DNA from: Spirochaetia bacterium
GTDB taxonomy: Bacteria; Spirochaetota; Spirochaetia; UBA9216
Length of the DNA: 64,000 nucleotides
Assembly: GCA_963675665.1 (NCBI GenBank)
Contig: OY776510.1
Coordinates: 3,456,001 to 3,520,000, forward strand
Direction of reading: 5' to 3'
The stretch's first letter is position 1. Each line of letters opens with the position of its first letter. Below the pieces are notes generated by a model. That model was not told the DNA's origin, did no database searches, and saw nothing but the letters and a program-made list of their open reading frames with translations. This document shows positions 40,306 through 51,783 of the stretch, piece by piece. Position numbers and translations under genes: made by a program.

Positions 40306-41202
40306 ATGAAAAAATTACTAATTGTTGTCACTGTTTTTTGTCTTTTATCCGGCTATGCATTTGCCGCAGGAAGCCAGGAAACAAAATCTGTCACTGTTGG
40401 AGCCAAAAACTTCACAGAGCAATATATATCGGGAAACCTGATAGCTCTACTTCTTGAAGATAACGGATTCAATGTTGAAAAACAGTTCGGTACAGGAAGC
40501 GCTATTACCAGAGAAGGCCTTGAAACAGGACAGACCGACCTGTATCCGGAATATACCGGAACAGCATGGCAGGTATATCTGAAACATGAAAATGTAATCA
40601 ATGATCCTGTTGAACTCTACAACAGCGTTAAATCAGAAGATGAAGGAAACGGTATAATCTGGCTTGACAGATGGCCGTTAAACGACACGTATGCACTCGG
40701 CATTAAAAAGGACTCTGTATCAAAATTTGGAACATCGATCAGTTCTCTCGGTAAATATATAAATGCAAATCCAAACGAAGTAATTGTAGGTGTTGATTCT
40801 GAATTTTATGAAAGACCGGACGGTTTTTTCGGTATGGCAAAAACATATGGTTTTGAACTTGATAAAAAAAATATAAAGACCATGGATGTAGGGCTCAGCT
40901 ACGAAGCTCTTAACAGGGACCAGGTTAATGTCGCTATGGTTTTTTCCACAGACGGACTTTTGAAAAAATATGATCTGCAGGTTCTTGAAGACGATAAACA
41001 GTTTTTTCCTGTTTATAATATTGCGGTTACCATCAGAGAAGAAATCCTTAAAATGTACCCTGAAATAGAAGGAATTTTAAAACCTCTTGCTGACTTGGAT
41101 GACCTTACAATGCAGAACCTTAACTACAAAGTTGATGCTGAAGGACTTCCTGCAGAAGTTGTTGCCAGACAGTACCTTGAGGAAAAAGGCTTAATCAAAT
41201 AA
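40306..41202 (+). CDS. Osmoprotectant ABC substrate-binding protein
   Basis: Signal peptide, GAKNFTEQ, YPEYTGTA, RPDG, DDKQFFPVY. Confidence 0.93.
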   Translation: MKKLLIVVTVFCLLSGYAFAAGSQETKSVTVGAKNFTEQYISGNLIALLLEDNGFNVEKQFGTGSAITREGLETGQTDLYPEYTGTAWQVYLKHENVINDPVELYNSVKSEDEGNGIIWLDRWPLNDTYALGIKKDSVSKFGTSISSLGKYINANPNEVIVGVDSEFYERPDGFFGMAKTYGFELDKKNIKTMDVGLSYEALNRDQVNVAMVFSTDGLLKKYDLQVLEDDKQFFPVYNIAVTIREEILKMYPEIEGILKPLADLDDLTMQNLNYKVDAEGLPAEVVARQYLEEKGLIK

Positions 41203-41224
41203 AACAAGTTTTTAATTTAAAGAT

Positions 41225-41260
41225 AAAGCAGAAACAGTCATCGTTACTGTTTCTGCTTTT
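41225..41260 (+). terminator. Rho-independent terminator
   Basis: aaagcagaaacagt / actgtttctgcttt inverted repeat followed by T run. Confidence 0.75.
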
Positions 41261-41301
41261 TATATCTTAAAATACAAGCATAGGAGAAATAATCATTTTT
41301 T

Positions 41302-41448
41302 ATGAAAGAGAATAACGACAGGATAATTTTCAAATGCCCCGAATGCGGCCGAAAGCTGGGCGTAGGAAAAGACAAGAAAGGTATTACTGCAAGATGTCCT
41401 GGCTGCGGAAAACGTATTACAATACCCAAACAGACTAAAACAAAATGA
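41302..41448 (+). CDS. Small zinc-ribbon protein (48 aa), not in ORF track
   Basis: MKENNDRIIFKCPECGRKLGVGKDKKGITARCPGCGKRITIPKQTKTK; two CPxCG motifs. Confidence 0.7.
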   Translation: MKENNDRIIFKCPECGRKLGVGKDKKGITARCPGCGKRITIPKQTKTK

Positions 41449-41608
41449 AATAATTGTCATTTTTTGAATTGATTAATAAAAATGACCGATTAGGATCATC
41501 CAACTCCTTAATTGATATGATTTTACTATTCCCCTTGACAGCTGATTTTTCGTTGTGATAACTTGTTGAAGCTGTTATAATTAACTAATTTTAAATCAAG
41601 GAGATTAT

Positions 41609-42355
41609 ATGTCAGGCCACAGTAAATGGCATACGATAAAGCACAAAAAAGGCGCAGCCGATGCTAAAAGAGGAAAAATATTTACAAAAATAATTAAAGA
41701 AATCACGGTAGCCGCAAGAATGGGCGGAGGAGATATTGAAGCCAATCCCCGTCTCAGAACCGTAGTTCTCAAAGCCCGTGATGCAAATATGCCGAAAGAC
41801 AACATTGAAAGAGCTATAAAAAAAGGTACCGGCGATCTCGAAGGCGTGAATTACACCGAAGGCATGTATGAAGGCTATGGTGCAGGTGGAGTGGCAATTC
41901 TTGTAGAAACTCTTACCGACAACAAAAACCGTACAGCTGCCGACGTAAGAAGTATTTTTTCAAAAGCCGGCGGAAACCTTGGCGAACTCGGCTGTGTTTC
42001 GTATATGTTCAACAGAAAAGGTGTTATAGCTTTCAGTACCGAAACCTGTTCCGAAGATGAAATCTTCAACGCTGCTCTTGAAGCGGGCGCTGAAGATGTT
42101 GTAACGGAAGACGGTATAATTGAAGTTTATACCGCTCCGGATGATTTCGAAGCGGTTCGTGATGCGCTTGAAGAAGCCGGATACAAACGTGAAATGGCAG
42201 AAGTTTCAATGATTGCAGATCAGAAAATTATGCTTGATGACGAAAAAACAAGGAAAGTTTTAAGGTTGATTGACAATCTTGAAGATAACGACGATGTTCA
42301 GAATGTTTATTCCAACATGGATCTTCCAGACGGTTTTGATCCTGACGCAGAATAA
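41609..42355 (+). CDS. yebC: YebC/PmpR family protein
   Basis: [28 protein letters not shown]. Confidence 0.96.
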   Translation: MSGHSKWHTIKHKKGAADAKRGKIFTKIIKEITVAARMGGGDIEANPRLRTVVLKARDANMPKDNIERAIKKGTGDLEGVNYTEGMYEGYGAGGVAILVETLTDNKNRTAADVRSIFSKAGGNLGELGCVSYMFNRKGVIAFSTETCSEDEIFNAALEAGAEDVVTEDGIIEVYTAPDDFEAVRDALEEAGYKREMAEVSMIADQKIMLDDEKTRKVLRLIDNLEDNDDVQNVYSNMDLPDGFDPDAE

Positions 42356-42365
42356 CTAATTTTTA

Positions 42366-42872
42366 ATGGCCAATCGTGTTCTGGGATTCGATCCCGGACT
42401 TGCCAATACCGGCTGGGGTGTTATTGATGCAGATACAAGCAGGTTAGTTCCGGTTGCATACGGTTCAATAACAACCCCGCCTGATATTTCAGCCGGGGCT
42501 CGTCTTGATATAATTTTCAGCGAATCCGAAAAAATAATAAAAAAATATAAACCCGACGCTGCGGGTATGGAAAGCCTGTATTTTTCCAAAAATGTCACCA
42601 GCGCTATACCCGTGGCTCAGGCAAGAGGGATCCTGTTTTTGTCTCTGTTTCGTAACGGAATAGATGTTGAGGAATATACGCCCCAGCAGATAAAACAGGG
42701 AATTACGGGAAACGGGAGATCTGGAAAACTGAAAGTCCAGGAAATGATTCGTATATTACTTGGCCTTAAAAATATTCCGGAACCTGACCACGCAGCAGAT
42801 GCTCTGGGCGCGGCAATATGTTGTTTCAACACCAAATTACTCAGTTCAAGGGGAGTATTACGTAATGTTTAA
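42366..42872 (+). CDS. ruvC: Holliday junction resolvase
   Basis: LGFDPG, ESLYF, PDHAADAL. Confidence 0.95.
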   Translation: MANRVLGFDPGLANTGWGVIDADTSRLVPVAYGSITTPPDISAGARLDIIFSESEKIIKKYKPDAAGMESLYFSKNVTSAIPVAQARGILFLSLFRNGIDVEEYTPQQIKQGITGNGRSGKLKVQEMIRILLGLKNIPEPDHAADALGAAICCFNTKLLSSRGVLRNV

Positions 42873-43458
42873 CAGTCTGTACGGTACAGTTACACATAAA
42901 GATGAATCAAAAATATTTCTTGAGCTGAACGGGATAGAATGGCAGATTTACATGCCTTTCAATTCCATTACAAAATTGCCGCCCGCCGGAGAGAAAGCCA
43001 GAATCTATACCTATCTGCAGCATAGCCAGGATGCAATGCAACTTTTCGGTTTTTCAAATACAAGGGAAAGATTTCTTTTTCGTGATTTGCTTAAGGTAGG
43101 CGGAATAGGCCCGAAACAGGCAATAAAGATTATGTCCGGAATAGAGCCTGAAAGTTTTATGCGACAGCTGGATGATAACGATGTTGAAGCATTAACAAGA
43201 CTGCCTGGCCTGGGTAAAAAAACAGCCCAGAAAATAATACTGACGCTCAGGGGAAAATTAAGCATCGATGAGGATGTTCACAGTGAACAGTCTGCAGACG
43301 GTGATATAATTAATGCTCTTGTTGATATGGGCTTCGACCGCAAGGCTGCCGAGGCCGCTGTCCGCAAAGCTGCTGATGAAGAAGAAACAAAAAAAGCGCC
43401 CATATCCGAAAAAGAGCAGATTATTTTCAGAAGAGCTATTATAATGCTCAGCAGCTGA
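42865..43458 (+). CDS. ruvA: Holliday junction branch migration protein RuvA
   Basis: LFGF, VGGIGPK, PGLGKKTAQKI, ALVDMGF. Confidence 0.95.
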   Translation: MFNSLYGTVTHKDESKIFLELNGIEWQIYMPFNSITKLPPAGEKARIYTYLQHSQDAMQLFGFSNTRERFLFRDLLKVGGIGPKQAIKIMSGIEPESFMRQLDDNDVEALTRLPGLGKKTAQKIILTLRGKLSIDEDVHSEQSADGDIINALVDMGFDRKAAEAAVRKAADEEETKKAPISEKEQIIFRRAIIMLSS

Positions 43459-43469
43459 ACAGGTAAATT

Positions 43470-44552
43470 ATGACTGAAGATTTTTTGGACGAAACAGAAA
43501 ACACAGCCGGCGGCATGCTGAGCGGGGACTACAGCGTTGAAATCGACGGAAGGGAAAACCCGCTGCGCCCAAAAACTCTAACAGAATTTCAGGGACAGGA
43601 TGCAATAAAAAGCAATCTGGATATTTTTATCAGGGCCGCGAAAGATCGTGAAGAAAGCCTTGATCATGTTTTTCTTTGCGGCCCCCCGGGACTTGGAAAA
43701 ACTACACTTGCAGGAATAATATCAAATGAACTCGGAGCTGATCTGAAAGTGACAAGCGCTCCGGCGATTGAAAAACCTAAGGATCTTGCCGGCATTCTTA
43801 CAAGCATTACAGAGCGCAGCGTCTTTTTTATTGATGAAATACACAGGCTTAAACCCGCAATTGAAGAAATGCTTTATATTGCAATGGAAGACTTTGAGAT
43901 GGATTGGGTTATAGGGCAGGGGCCGTCGGCACGAAACATCCGAATTCCGATTCCTCCGTTCACTTTAATAGGCGCAACAACAAAAGCAGGACAGGTTGCC
44001 AGCCCGCTTTACAGCAGGTTCGGCATTTCATGCAGAATGAATTTTTATGAGCATGAAGATATTATGAGCATAATCAGACGTTCATCGGTTATACTTGATG
44101 TTAAGATTGATAATGATGCGGTAAACCTGCTTGCACAATGCTCAAGGGGAACACCCCGTGTAGCAAACAGGCTTCTGCGCCGCATGCGTGATTTTGCCCA
44201 TGTTGATAACAGTGATATTATTACCAAAAAAATAGTAGCCGGCGGGTTAAAAAGACTTGAAATAGACGACAAGGGACTTGAACGTCTTGATCGTCAGATA
44301 CTCAGACTGATAATTGAAAGATACAACGGGGGGCCTGTCGGTGCGGAAACACTTGCAATATCGGCAGGAGAAGCGGTTGAATCTCTTGAAGATTTTTATG
44401 AGCCGTACCTGATTCAGCAGGGATTCATCAAACGGACCTCCAGGGGAAGAATGGTAACTGAACTTGCATATTCGCATCTCGGCATCAATGCCGGCGGTCT
44501 TAAAAACAATTACGGGAAAGAAACTGATGAAAACCAGTCATTTCTCTTTTGA
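43470..44552 (+). CDS. ruvB: Holliday junction branch migration ATPase RuvB
   Basis: [36 protein letters not shown]. Confidence 0.97.
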   Translation: MTEDFLDETENTAGGMLSGDYSVEIDGRENPLRPKTLTEFQGQDAIKSNLDIFIRAAKDREESLDHVFLCGPPGLGKTTLAGIISNELGADLKVTSAPAIEKPKDLAGILTSITERSVFFIDEIHRLKPAIEEMLYIAMEDFEMDWVIGQGPSARNIRIPIPPFTLIGATTKAGQVASPLYSRFGISCRMNFYEHEDIMSIIRRSSVILDVKIDNDAVNLLAQCSRGTPRVANRLLRRMRDFAHVDNSDIITKKIVAGGLKRLEIDDKGLERLDRQILRLIIERYNGGPVGAETLAISAGEAVESLEDFYEPYLIQQGFIKRTSRGRMVTELAYSHLGINAGGLKNNYGKETDENQSFLF

Positions 44553-45552
44553 CCTGCCCGAAGAACTTATAGCCCAGTATCCGTCGGACCGCAGGGGTGA
44601 ATCCAGGCTTATGCGTCTTGACAGAAAAACAGGAGCTGTAAGCCATCATTACATTTCTGATCTTCCGGAACTTCTACCTGAAGGGGCCCTGGTAGTATTT
44701 AACAATTCAAAAGTAAGAAAAGCACGCATTTTCGGAGAATCTTTAACAGGCGGGAAAGTTGAGTTTCTGCTGATAAAGAAAATTGATCCTTACAGCTGGC
44801 TTGCCATGGTATCAAAATCAAAAAAACAGAAACCCGGGAAAAGGTTCAGTTTCGCCGACGGAGTCGAGGGCGAAATTACAGGTATCGAAGGAAGTTACAG
44901 AATAATCAGATTCGACAAGCCTGTAGATGACAACTGGCTGGATTTATACGGAAGGATGCCTCTGCCGCCGTACATAAAACGCGAAGACGAATTTTCGGAT
45001 GCAGACAGGTACCAGACTGTTTTTTCCGAAAATACCGGTTCCATAGCAGCTCCAACAGCAGGTCTTCATTTTACCGGCGAAATACTTCAAAATCTTGAAA
45101 AACGCGGTATGCAAACCGTCTTTCTAAGCCTTCACGTGGGTATGGGCACATTTTTGCCGGTGCGTACAGAGAATGTCAGCGATCATAAAATGCACTCTGA
45201 AGATTATGAAATATCAGACAAAACAGCACAATCAGTAAACAAAGCTCTATCCGAAAAGCGGCCTGTTGTAGCAGTAGGAACAACTTCGGTCAGAACGCTG
45301 GAATCCGAGGCAGCGCGCCTGGGCCGGCCGGCAATAGAAGCAGGAAGAAGAAGTACTGATATATTTATCTATCCCGGCAAGAAATTTAAAATAGTGGATC
45401 ATATGGTTACAAATTTTCATACACCTGAATCCTCACTGCTTATGCTTGTATCCGCGTTTGCAGGAAAAGATAATATTGATGCGGCATACATGAAAGCCAT
45501 CGAAAATAAGTATCGGTTTTTTTCATACGGAGACGCCATGCTTATTGTCTGA
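44527..45552 (+). CDS. queA: S-adenosylmethionine:tRNA ribosyltransferase-isomerase
   Basis: [42 protein letters not shown]. Confidence 0.97.
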   Translation: MKTSHFSFDLPEELIAQYPSDRRGESRLMRLDRKTGAVSHHYISDLPELLPEGALVVFNNSKVRKARIFGESLTGGKVEFLLIKKIDPYSWLAMVSKSKKQKPGKRFSFADGVEGEITGIEGSYRIIRFDKPVDDNWLDLYGRMPLPPYIKREDEFSDADRYQTVFSENTGSIAAPTAGLHFTGEILQNLEKRGMQTVFLSLHVGMGTFLPVRTENVSDHKMHSEDYEISDKTAQSVNKALSEKRPVVAVGTTSVRTLESEAARLGRPAIEAGRRSTDIFIYPGKKFKIVDHMVTNFHTPESSLLMLVSAFAGKDNIDAAYMKAIENKYRFFSYGDAMLIV

Positions 45553-45607
45553 TTTTTTGCAGTAAGGGTTGAAATAATAATTCACTATAGTTAAGATCGG
45601 AGCTTAT

Positions 45608-46966
45608 ATGAAAACAATCATTTTAGGGGCGGGTACCCGCGGATTTCAGATTGCAAAACATCTTATTGAAGAAAAAAAAGATGTTGTTTTAATAGAATCA
45701 GATCCAAAGAAAGCAACCTATGCATCATCAAAACTTGATTGTATGGTTGTGAAAGGTTCGGGAACTTCCATTGAAAAACTGAAGGAAGCGGGAATTGGCG
45801 ATGCCGACATGTTTATCAGTATGACTGATTCGGATGAGGTGAACATGGTAGCCTGCGGACTGGTTTCAAGTGAATTCGATGTACAGCATAAAATTGCCTG
45901 TATCAGGAACCTGACCTATATCGGTTCGCATGGACTTTCCGGTAAAATTCTCGGAATTGACTATATTATTAACCCGGAATCGGAGGCTGCCAACGCTATC
46001 TATGATGTTGTAGATAAAGGTGTTTTCAGCGATATGATTTCATTTCAGAAAACAAGCCTGCTGCTGAATAATATTTACGTTACCCCTGAATCAGCCTTCG
46101 TTAATAAAAATATTAAAATGATAAGACAGGCAATTAATGACGATTTTCTGATAGCGGCAATACACCGTCATCATAAAATGATTGTTCCTTCGGGCGATAC
46201 TGTAATCAAGGACGGTGATACACTTTCAATAGTTACCGGTGAAAGCGGAATTGAGTCTGTTTTCAACGCTATAGGCAAACAGAAAAAACCGCTGAAAAAA
46301 GTTTTACTGGTAGGCGGAAGCAAAACCGCCCGGTTTCTGCTGAAGAATTTCACTCAATCAGACAGGCGTTCTTTTGCGCTTGTCGATCAGGACAGCGAAA
46401 TTTGCAAGGAATTTGCCGAGCAGTTTCCTGAAATCCTGATAATAAATTCGGACGTAACTGATGAAACCCTTTATGAAGATGAAGATATAGGAAGTTATGA
46501 TCTGATGATAACGCTTACCGGAAATGATGAACTTAACATACTTACAGCCATTTATGCAAAGAAAATCGGTATTGACAGATCAATGGCGCTTATAAAACAT
46601 AATAATAATTATCTTCGGCTTGCGCCTCATCTTGATCTTGATTCGGTTGTCGCAGTAAGCAGTTCAACCGTCAATTCCGCTCTGCGGTATATCAGAGGAG
46701 AAAATTTCAAGTCTGTGCACTCGTTGTTTGAAGGTAAACTTGAAGTTTTTGAATTCGAGATAAATGAAAAAACATCCATGGTAAACCGGCAAATAAAGGA
46801 TATTAATCTGCGCAATAAAGGACTAATTGCAGGTATTACCAGGGACGGAAAGAATATTATCCCTTCAGGAGAAAATATTCTAAAAAAAGGTGATGTTATT
46901 CTTGTAACTGTAGATCGCAGCCATATAGATTTCGTACAAAAATTATTCAAGCAGTCGGAGCAGTAA
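45608..46966 (+). CDS. trkA: Trk potassium uptake NAD-binding subunit
   Basis: Two RCK_N/RCK_C pairs, GAGTRG, DEVN, DELN. Confidence 0.9.
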   Translation: MKTIILGAGTRGFQIAKHLIEEKKDVVLIESDPKKATYASSKLDCMVVKGSGTSIEKLKEAGIGDADMFISMTDSDEVNMVACGLVSSEFDVQHKIACIRNLTYIGSHGLSGKILGIDYIINPESEAANAIYDVVDKGVFSDMISFQKTSLLLNNIYVTPESAFVNKNIKMIRQAINDDFLIAAIHRHHKMIVPSGDTVIKDGDTLSIVTGESGIESVFNAIGKQKKPLKKVLLVGGSKTARFLLKNFTQSDRRSFALVDQDSEICKEFAEQFPEILIINSDVTDETLYEDEDIGSYDLMITLTGNDELNILTAIYAKKIGIDRSMALIKHNNNYLRLAPHLDLDSVVAVSSSTVNSALRYIRGENFKSVHSLFEGKLEVFEFEINEKTSMVNRQIKDINLRNKGLIAGITRDGKNIIPSGENILKKGDVILVTVDRSHIDFVQKLFKQSEQ

Positions 46967-46967
46967 T

Positions 46968-48425
46968 TTGAATCCTTTTTATATACTAAGACTTACTGCT
47001 GTAATACAGCTTGTTGTATCCGCTTTCATGATAATACCGGCCGGAATTGCCGCGCATTATGGTGAAACTGTTGAGTTTTATTCTTTTCTGGGAACAATAC
47101 TTCTTGTATGGCTTTTCGGAGCAGTATATATGCTGTTTACCAGAAAAGCCCCGAACCGTGTTCTTACATCACGCGACGGTTTTTTCTTTGTAACGTCAAG
47201 CTGGATTCTGGCCGCCGGGTTCGGCGCTTTGCCGGTTTATATCTCCGGGGCAATACCATCCTATACCGACGCATATTTTGAAATAATGTCGGGTTTCACT
47301 ACTACCGGGGCGTCGATTCTGACAGATATAGAATCTCTTCCGCGAAGTGTTCTATATTGGCGTTCGCTTACTCACTGGCTGGGCGGTATGGGTATAGTTG
47401 TTCTTGTCGTCGCATTAATACCGCTTCTGGGGGCCGGCGGCACAAAACTGGTCGGGGCCGAATCTCCGGGTCCGTCGGTCGACAAATTTACTCCGAAAAT
47501 CAGAAACAACGCACTTATTCTCTGGCTGATATACCTGGGCCTTTCAGTTATAGAGATAATTCTTCTGATGTTCGGCGGAATGGACCTTTTTGACGCATCT
47601 ACCCATACCTTCGGAACAATGGCCACCGGAGGATTTTCACCAAAAGCTGCCAGCGTTGGCCACTATAACAGTGCATACATCGATGCAGTAATTACGGTTT
47701 TCATGGTAATGGCCGGATGCAACTTTGCTCTGTACTATAAAGTTCTGCGAGGAAAAATCGGAGATGTTTTAAGAGACGGCGAATTTAAAGTGTATATTGC
47801 AATATTTTTTATTGTGGCAATTCTGATCAGCATAAACCTGATGGTGCAGGGTGACGGATACGAAACACCCGGACGCGCATTCAGATACGCATCTTTTCAG
47901 ACAGCTACAATCATAACAACAACAGGTTATGCAACAGCCGATTTTGAACTGTGGCCCAATTTTTCAAAGGTACTTCTGTTTTTTCTGATGTTTATCGGAG
48001 GATGTTCAGGCTCGACCGGCGGAGGTATAAAGGTTATCAGAATTATAACGGTAGCAAAACTTGCATTAAACAATATTAAATATATGCTTCACCCGCGCGG
48101 TGTATTCAGTATGAAAATCGGCAATTCTACCATCAGAAAGGAAGTTGTTTATACCATAGCCGGTTTTTTTGCTTTATACATTTTTACGATTCTGTTGACT
48201 ACCGTAATCGTCTCAACAGCCGGAACAGATATTGAAACATCTCTGACAACTGCTTTGGTAACGGTAGGAAACATCGGGCCGGGTTTTGGACAGATAGGAC
48301 CAACCGACAACTACTTTTTCTACCCGGGACATATTAAATGGGTGCTTTCCCTGGCCATGATGGCAGGACGGCTGGAATTGTTTACCGTATTTGCGCTTCT
48401 TACGCCGCAATTCTGGCGAAGGTAA
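46968..48425 (+). CDS. trkH: Trk potassium uptake membrane subunit
   Basis: SGFTTTGAS, WLGGMG, ATGGFS, GSTGGGIK, GNIGPG, GRLE. Confidence 0.95.
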   Translation: MNPFYILRLTAVIQLVVSAFMIIPAGIAAHYGETVEFYSFLGTILLVWLFGAVYMLFTRKAPNRVLTSRDGFFFVTSSWILAAGFGALPVYISGAIPSYTDAYFEIMSGFTTTGASILTDIESLPRSVLYWRSLTHWLGGMGIVVLVVALIPLLGAGGTKLVGAESPGPSVDKFTPKIRNNALILWLIYLGLSVIEIILLMFGGMDLFDASTHTFGTMATGGFSPKAASVGHYNSAYIDAVITVFMVMAGCNFALYYKVLRGKIGDVLRDGEFKVYIAIFFIVAILISINLMVQGDGYETPGRAFRYASFQTATIITTTGYATADFELWPNFSKVLLFFLMFIGGCSGSTGGGIKVIRIITVAKLALNNIKYMLHPRGVFSMKIGNSTIRKEVVYTIAGFFALYIFTILLTTVIVSTAGTDIETSLTTALVTVGNIGPGFGQIGPTDNYFFYPGHIKWVLSLAMMAGRLELFTVFALLTPQFWRR

Positions 48426-48427
48426 TA

Positions 48428-49402
48428 TCAACTCATTAACTCAAGACCGTTATCGGAAATTATTTTGATTATGTTGTCGTATGCAGCTAGTGCGCGGCCG
48501 CCGACAATTGAAAAGTCTTTTCTTACTATTTCAGGCGTTGCATCTATGAAAAATATATTTGCGCCGGCCCTGATTGCTGCAGCATTGCCTGCAGGATCCG
48601 CAAAACCGAGTTTTGAGTTTTTTCCGGGCTGTCCTGCCGTTATCAGTGTTTTCGGAAGAAGCAGTCTGAAAAGCGATATCAGTCTGAGAGTCAAATCGAT
48701 ATCGCCGGGCGGATTGTTTACGGCCATTGGTGTCCCCGGTGCAGGCAGATAAGGAACTATGGGGATCCATGCGGGATTAAATGTCAGCGTATATTTGAAA
48801 TCAACAATAATATCTTCCGTTCTTTGGCCTTCAAGTCCGACTATTCCGCCGGTAGCTATTTTGAAGCCTGTTTCTGCCGCTTCATTTATACAGCGTATTC
48901 TTTGATCATAATCAGCAGACGGTTTCACTTTTCTGAAAAGCTCACGGCTTGCCGTTTCAAATTTAAGGCAGTATTCACTTGCTCCGGCATTATAAAACAA
49001 TTTCAATTTTTCTTTTGGAAAAACACCTGCGCCGATAGTAATATAAAAACCTTTGCCGGCGGCATAACCGATAATATCTGTAATTTCTTCAATCTTACGT
49101 AACGGGTCTTCGCCTGAAATCAGAAAAAGTCTTTTTATACCCAGGTTTTCAAGGTAATCAACACCGTTTTCAAGCTGTTCATAGGTGAGTCTGAAGCGTT
49201 TTACCGGATTCTCAGATCTCAATCCGCAATACAGGCAGTCGTTAACACAGTAGTTTCCAAGCGCCAGTATTCCGGTCAGAAAAACCTTGTTTCCGAATAT
49301 ATTTCCTGTTTCTTCAAATGCAGGTTTGCGATATTCATTTTCAAAATCAAAATCAGAAAGATTAAGTATAGACTCGAGGTTTTCAATAATATCGTTTTTC
49401 AT
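48428..49402 (-). CDS. BioB/HydE/PylB-like radical SAM protein
   Basis: CVNDCLYCGLR, ISGED, ET motif, PAPGTPM, AGAN. Confidence 0.75.
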   Translation of the reverse strand: MKNDIIENLESILNLSDFDFENEYRKPAFEETGNIFGNKVFLTGILALGNYCVNDCLYCGLRSENPVKRFRLTYEQLENGVDYLENLGIKRLFLISGEDPLRKIEEITDIIGYAAGKGFYITIGAGVFPKEKLKLFYNAGASEYCLKFETASRELFRKVKPSADYDQRIRCINEAAETGFKIATGGIVGLEGQRTEDIIVDFKYTLTFNPAWIPIVPYLPAPGTPMAVNNPPGDIDLTLRLISLFRLLLPKTLITAGQPGKNSKLGFADPAGNAAAIRAGANIFFIDATPEIVRKDFSIVGGRALAAYDNIIKIISDNGLELMS

Positions 49403-49405
49403 TAT

Positions 49406-51415
49406 TTAATAATCCTCAAGCTCATCAAGCCACATTTTAACAGAAGCATCGCTTGGCATTCGCCAATCGGCGCGCGGAGAAAGCGCAATTGTTCCTACTT
49501 TAGGCCCGTCTGGTACACAGGAACGCTTAAACTGCTGACTGAAAAAACGTTTGTAGAACAGTACAAGCCATTTTTTAATCTCATCACGAGTATACTCTGA
49601 TATGCCGTTTTTTCCGTTGAATGCTGCCCGGGCCAGGAAAAGTACTTTTAACGGCTCGTAACCGCACCTGACGACCTGATAAAGGAAAAAATCGTGAAGT
49701 TCATACGGGCCGATTTTTTCCTCAGTCTTTTGAGCAATCTCTCCATTGCTGTCGGGCGGCAAAAGCTCGGGCGAAATCGGCGTATTATTAATATCAGTAA
49801 GGATTCCGGATGTTTTTTTATCAGCCAGGTGTTCAATGTAATATTCAACCAGAAACCTTACAAGGGTTTTCGGCACGCCGGTATTAACCGCATACATGGA
49901 CATATGGTCGCCGTTATAAGTACTCCAGCCCATAGCCTGCTCGGAAAGATCGCCGGTACCAATTACTATTCCGCCAAGCTGATTAGCCTTGTCCATCAGA
50001 ATCTGGGTCCGTTCTCTGGCCTGTGCGTTCTCGTATGTTACATTTTTAATGCCTTCATCATGATTTATGTCGTTAAAATGCTGTCTCACGGCAGCTGTTA
50101 TATCAATCGATTCAATTTTAAGCCCAACTGAGGCACACAGTTTTTCAGCATTACTTCGGGTACGTTTAGTTGTGCCGAAGCCGGGCATTGTCAGGCAGTT
50201 TATTCCGCTGATATCAAAATCAAGGCTTTTAAAGGCTTCTATGCATACAAGCAGCGCAAGTGTTGAATCAAGACCGCCGGAAAGGCCGAGCACAACCTTT
50301 TTGCATCCGATATGAATAAGCCTGGAAGCAAGCGCAGCGCTCTGAATAGAAAAAATTTCACGGCATCTTTCACTTCTTTTTTCAGGCGCAGTCGGAACAA
50401 AAGGGGCTGGATCAATATATCTCATCAGCATATCGTGTGTGAAATCTTTTGACGGCGCTGTTGTATCATCCGTATATTCGTAATCTTCAAGCTCAACAAA
50501 AATAAAAGAACCTGCATCTTTTTTCCTGGTCAGTTCAGTTGCAGCGCATTCCGAGAAAGTTTTATTATTGATACGTTCATGCCTTATGAAATCAAGGTCA
50601 ATATCTGCATAAGTAAAACCGTCTGTTCGTTCAAAGCGTTCGCTTTCAACAAGAAGTCTTCCGTTCTCGGCAACAATTCTGTGACCACCGAATACTGTGT
50701 CGGTAGACGATTCGAAAACCCCTGAAGAACAGTATATATATGCGGACAGCTGCTGACCGGAAAGTTTTTCAATCAGTTCTCTCCTGTAATCGGCTTTTCC
50801 TGCAAGTTCATTGCTTGATGAAAGGTTAATTATTAATTCTGCGCCGGCAAGGCTTTTCCTGACCGACGGCGGAACCGGCGCCCACATATCTTCACAGAGT
50901 TCAATTCCGGCTGTGCATGTATTGTTTTGATATCCGATTTTAAAAAGCAGGTCAGTACCGAACGGAATCTCTTTATTATCGATTAAAATGCTGTCGGAAA
51001 AAACATCAGCTCCAGAGGAAAACCACCTGTGTTCATAAAATTCGTTATGATTCGGAATATATGTTTTTGGAACAATACCGAGAATGCAGCCTCCGGAGAT
51101 CATTACGGCACAGTTATACAGCCTGTTTTCATGAAGAACAGGCAAACCAACGGCAATAAAAGCATTTAAATCCGAGGTTTCGTCGGTAATTCTTAATAAT
51201 TGCTTTAAAGCATTACTGTATAGCAGCTTCTGCATGAAAAGATCGGCATTGGTATAGCCTGTTATGCATAATTCGGGAAACACTATAAGATCACAGCCCT
51301 GTTCAGCAGCTGTTTTTGCTGTTTCGATTATCCTGTCGGCATTAGACCCGACATCGGCAAGCTTAAGCATCGGAGTTATGCAACCTGCACGTAAAAAACC
51401 AAATTCATTTCTCAT
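49406..51415 (-). CDS. nadE: Glutamine-dependent NAD+ synthetase
   Basis: Nitrilase domain FPEL, PK, ELCED; SGGLDST, ENAQARER, GTGDLSE, QQFKRS. Confidence 0.96.
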   Translation of the reverse strand: MRNEFGFLRAGCITPMLKLADVGSNADRIIETAKTAAEQGCDLIVFPELCITGYTNADLFMQKLLYSNALKQLLRITDETSDLNAFIAVGLPVLHENRLYNCAVMISGGCILGIVPKTYIPNHNEFYEHRWFSSGADVFSDSILIDNKEIPFGTDLLFKIGYQNNTCTAGIELCEDMWAPVPPSVRKSLAGAELIINLSSSNELAGKADYRRELIEKLSGQQLSAYIYCSSGVFESSTDTVFGGHRIVAENGRLLVESERFERTDGFTYADIDLDFIRHERINNKTFSECAATELTRKKDAGSFIFVELEDYEYTDDTTAPSKDFTHDMLMRYIDPAPFVPTAPEKRSERCREIFSIQSAALASRLIHIGCKKVVLGLSGGLDSTLALLVCIEAFKSLDFDISGINCLTMPGFGTTKRTRSNAEKLCASVGLKIESIDITAAVRQHFNDINHDEGIKNVTYENAQARERTQILMDKANQLGGIVIGTGDLSEQAMGWSTYNGDHMSMYAVNTGVPKTLVRFLVEYYIEHLADKKTSGILTDINNTPISPELLPPDSNGEIAQKTEEKIGPYELHDFFLYQVVRCGYEPLKVLFLARAAFNGKNGISEYTRDEIKKWLVLFYKRFFSQQFKRSCVPDGPKVGTIALSPRADWRMPSDASVKMWLDELEDY

Positions 51416-51488
51416 GGATATATCTTAGCATATCAGCAGGACTGCTTGAAGTCTCAATAATTTTTATTTTTGTTTTTTTAAAAACACA

Positions 51489-51692
51489 TTAGTAATGCGG
51501 CGGTTTGGTATGTTCCATCGGTTCGCCGCCGCCGGACTCAAGGAAATCATCCAGCTTTTTCTGTATTTTCATACAGAATTTTCGCAGACTGTCAATTTCC
51601 CGGTTCTGGCCGGCAATTATTTTATTCAACTCATCGATCGTATTTTCAGCGTAAACAATCCTGGTTTCCAGTTCAATTATTCTATCTTCCAT
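51489..51692 (-). CDS. slyX: SlyX family protein
   Basis: RIIELETRI...TIDELN...KPPHY. Confidence 0.9.
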   Translation of the reverse strand: MEDRIIELETRIVYAENTIDELNKIIAGQNREIDSLRKFCMKIQKKLDDFLESGGGEPMEHTKPPHY

Positions 51693-51783
51693 AACAGATT
51701 CATACCTTAATCATTACATAATGTACAGGTCTGTTTTTAACCACTCTTTTATTTAAACAGTTTTTATAATAAAATAAGGCCAT

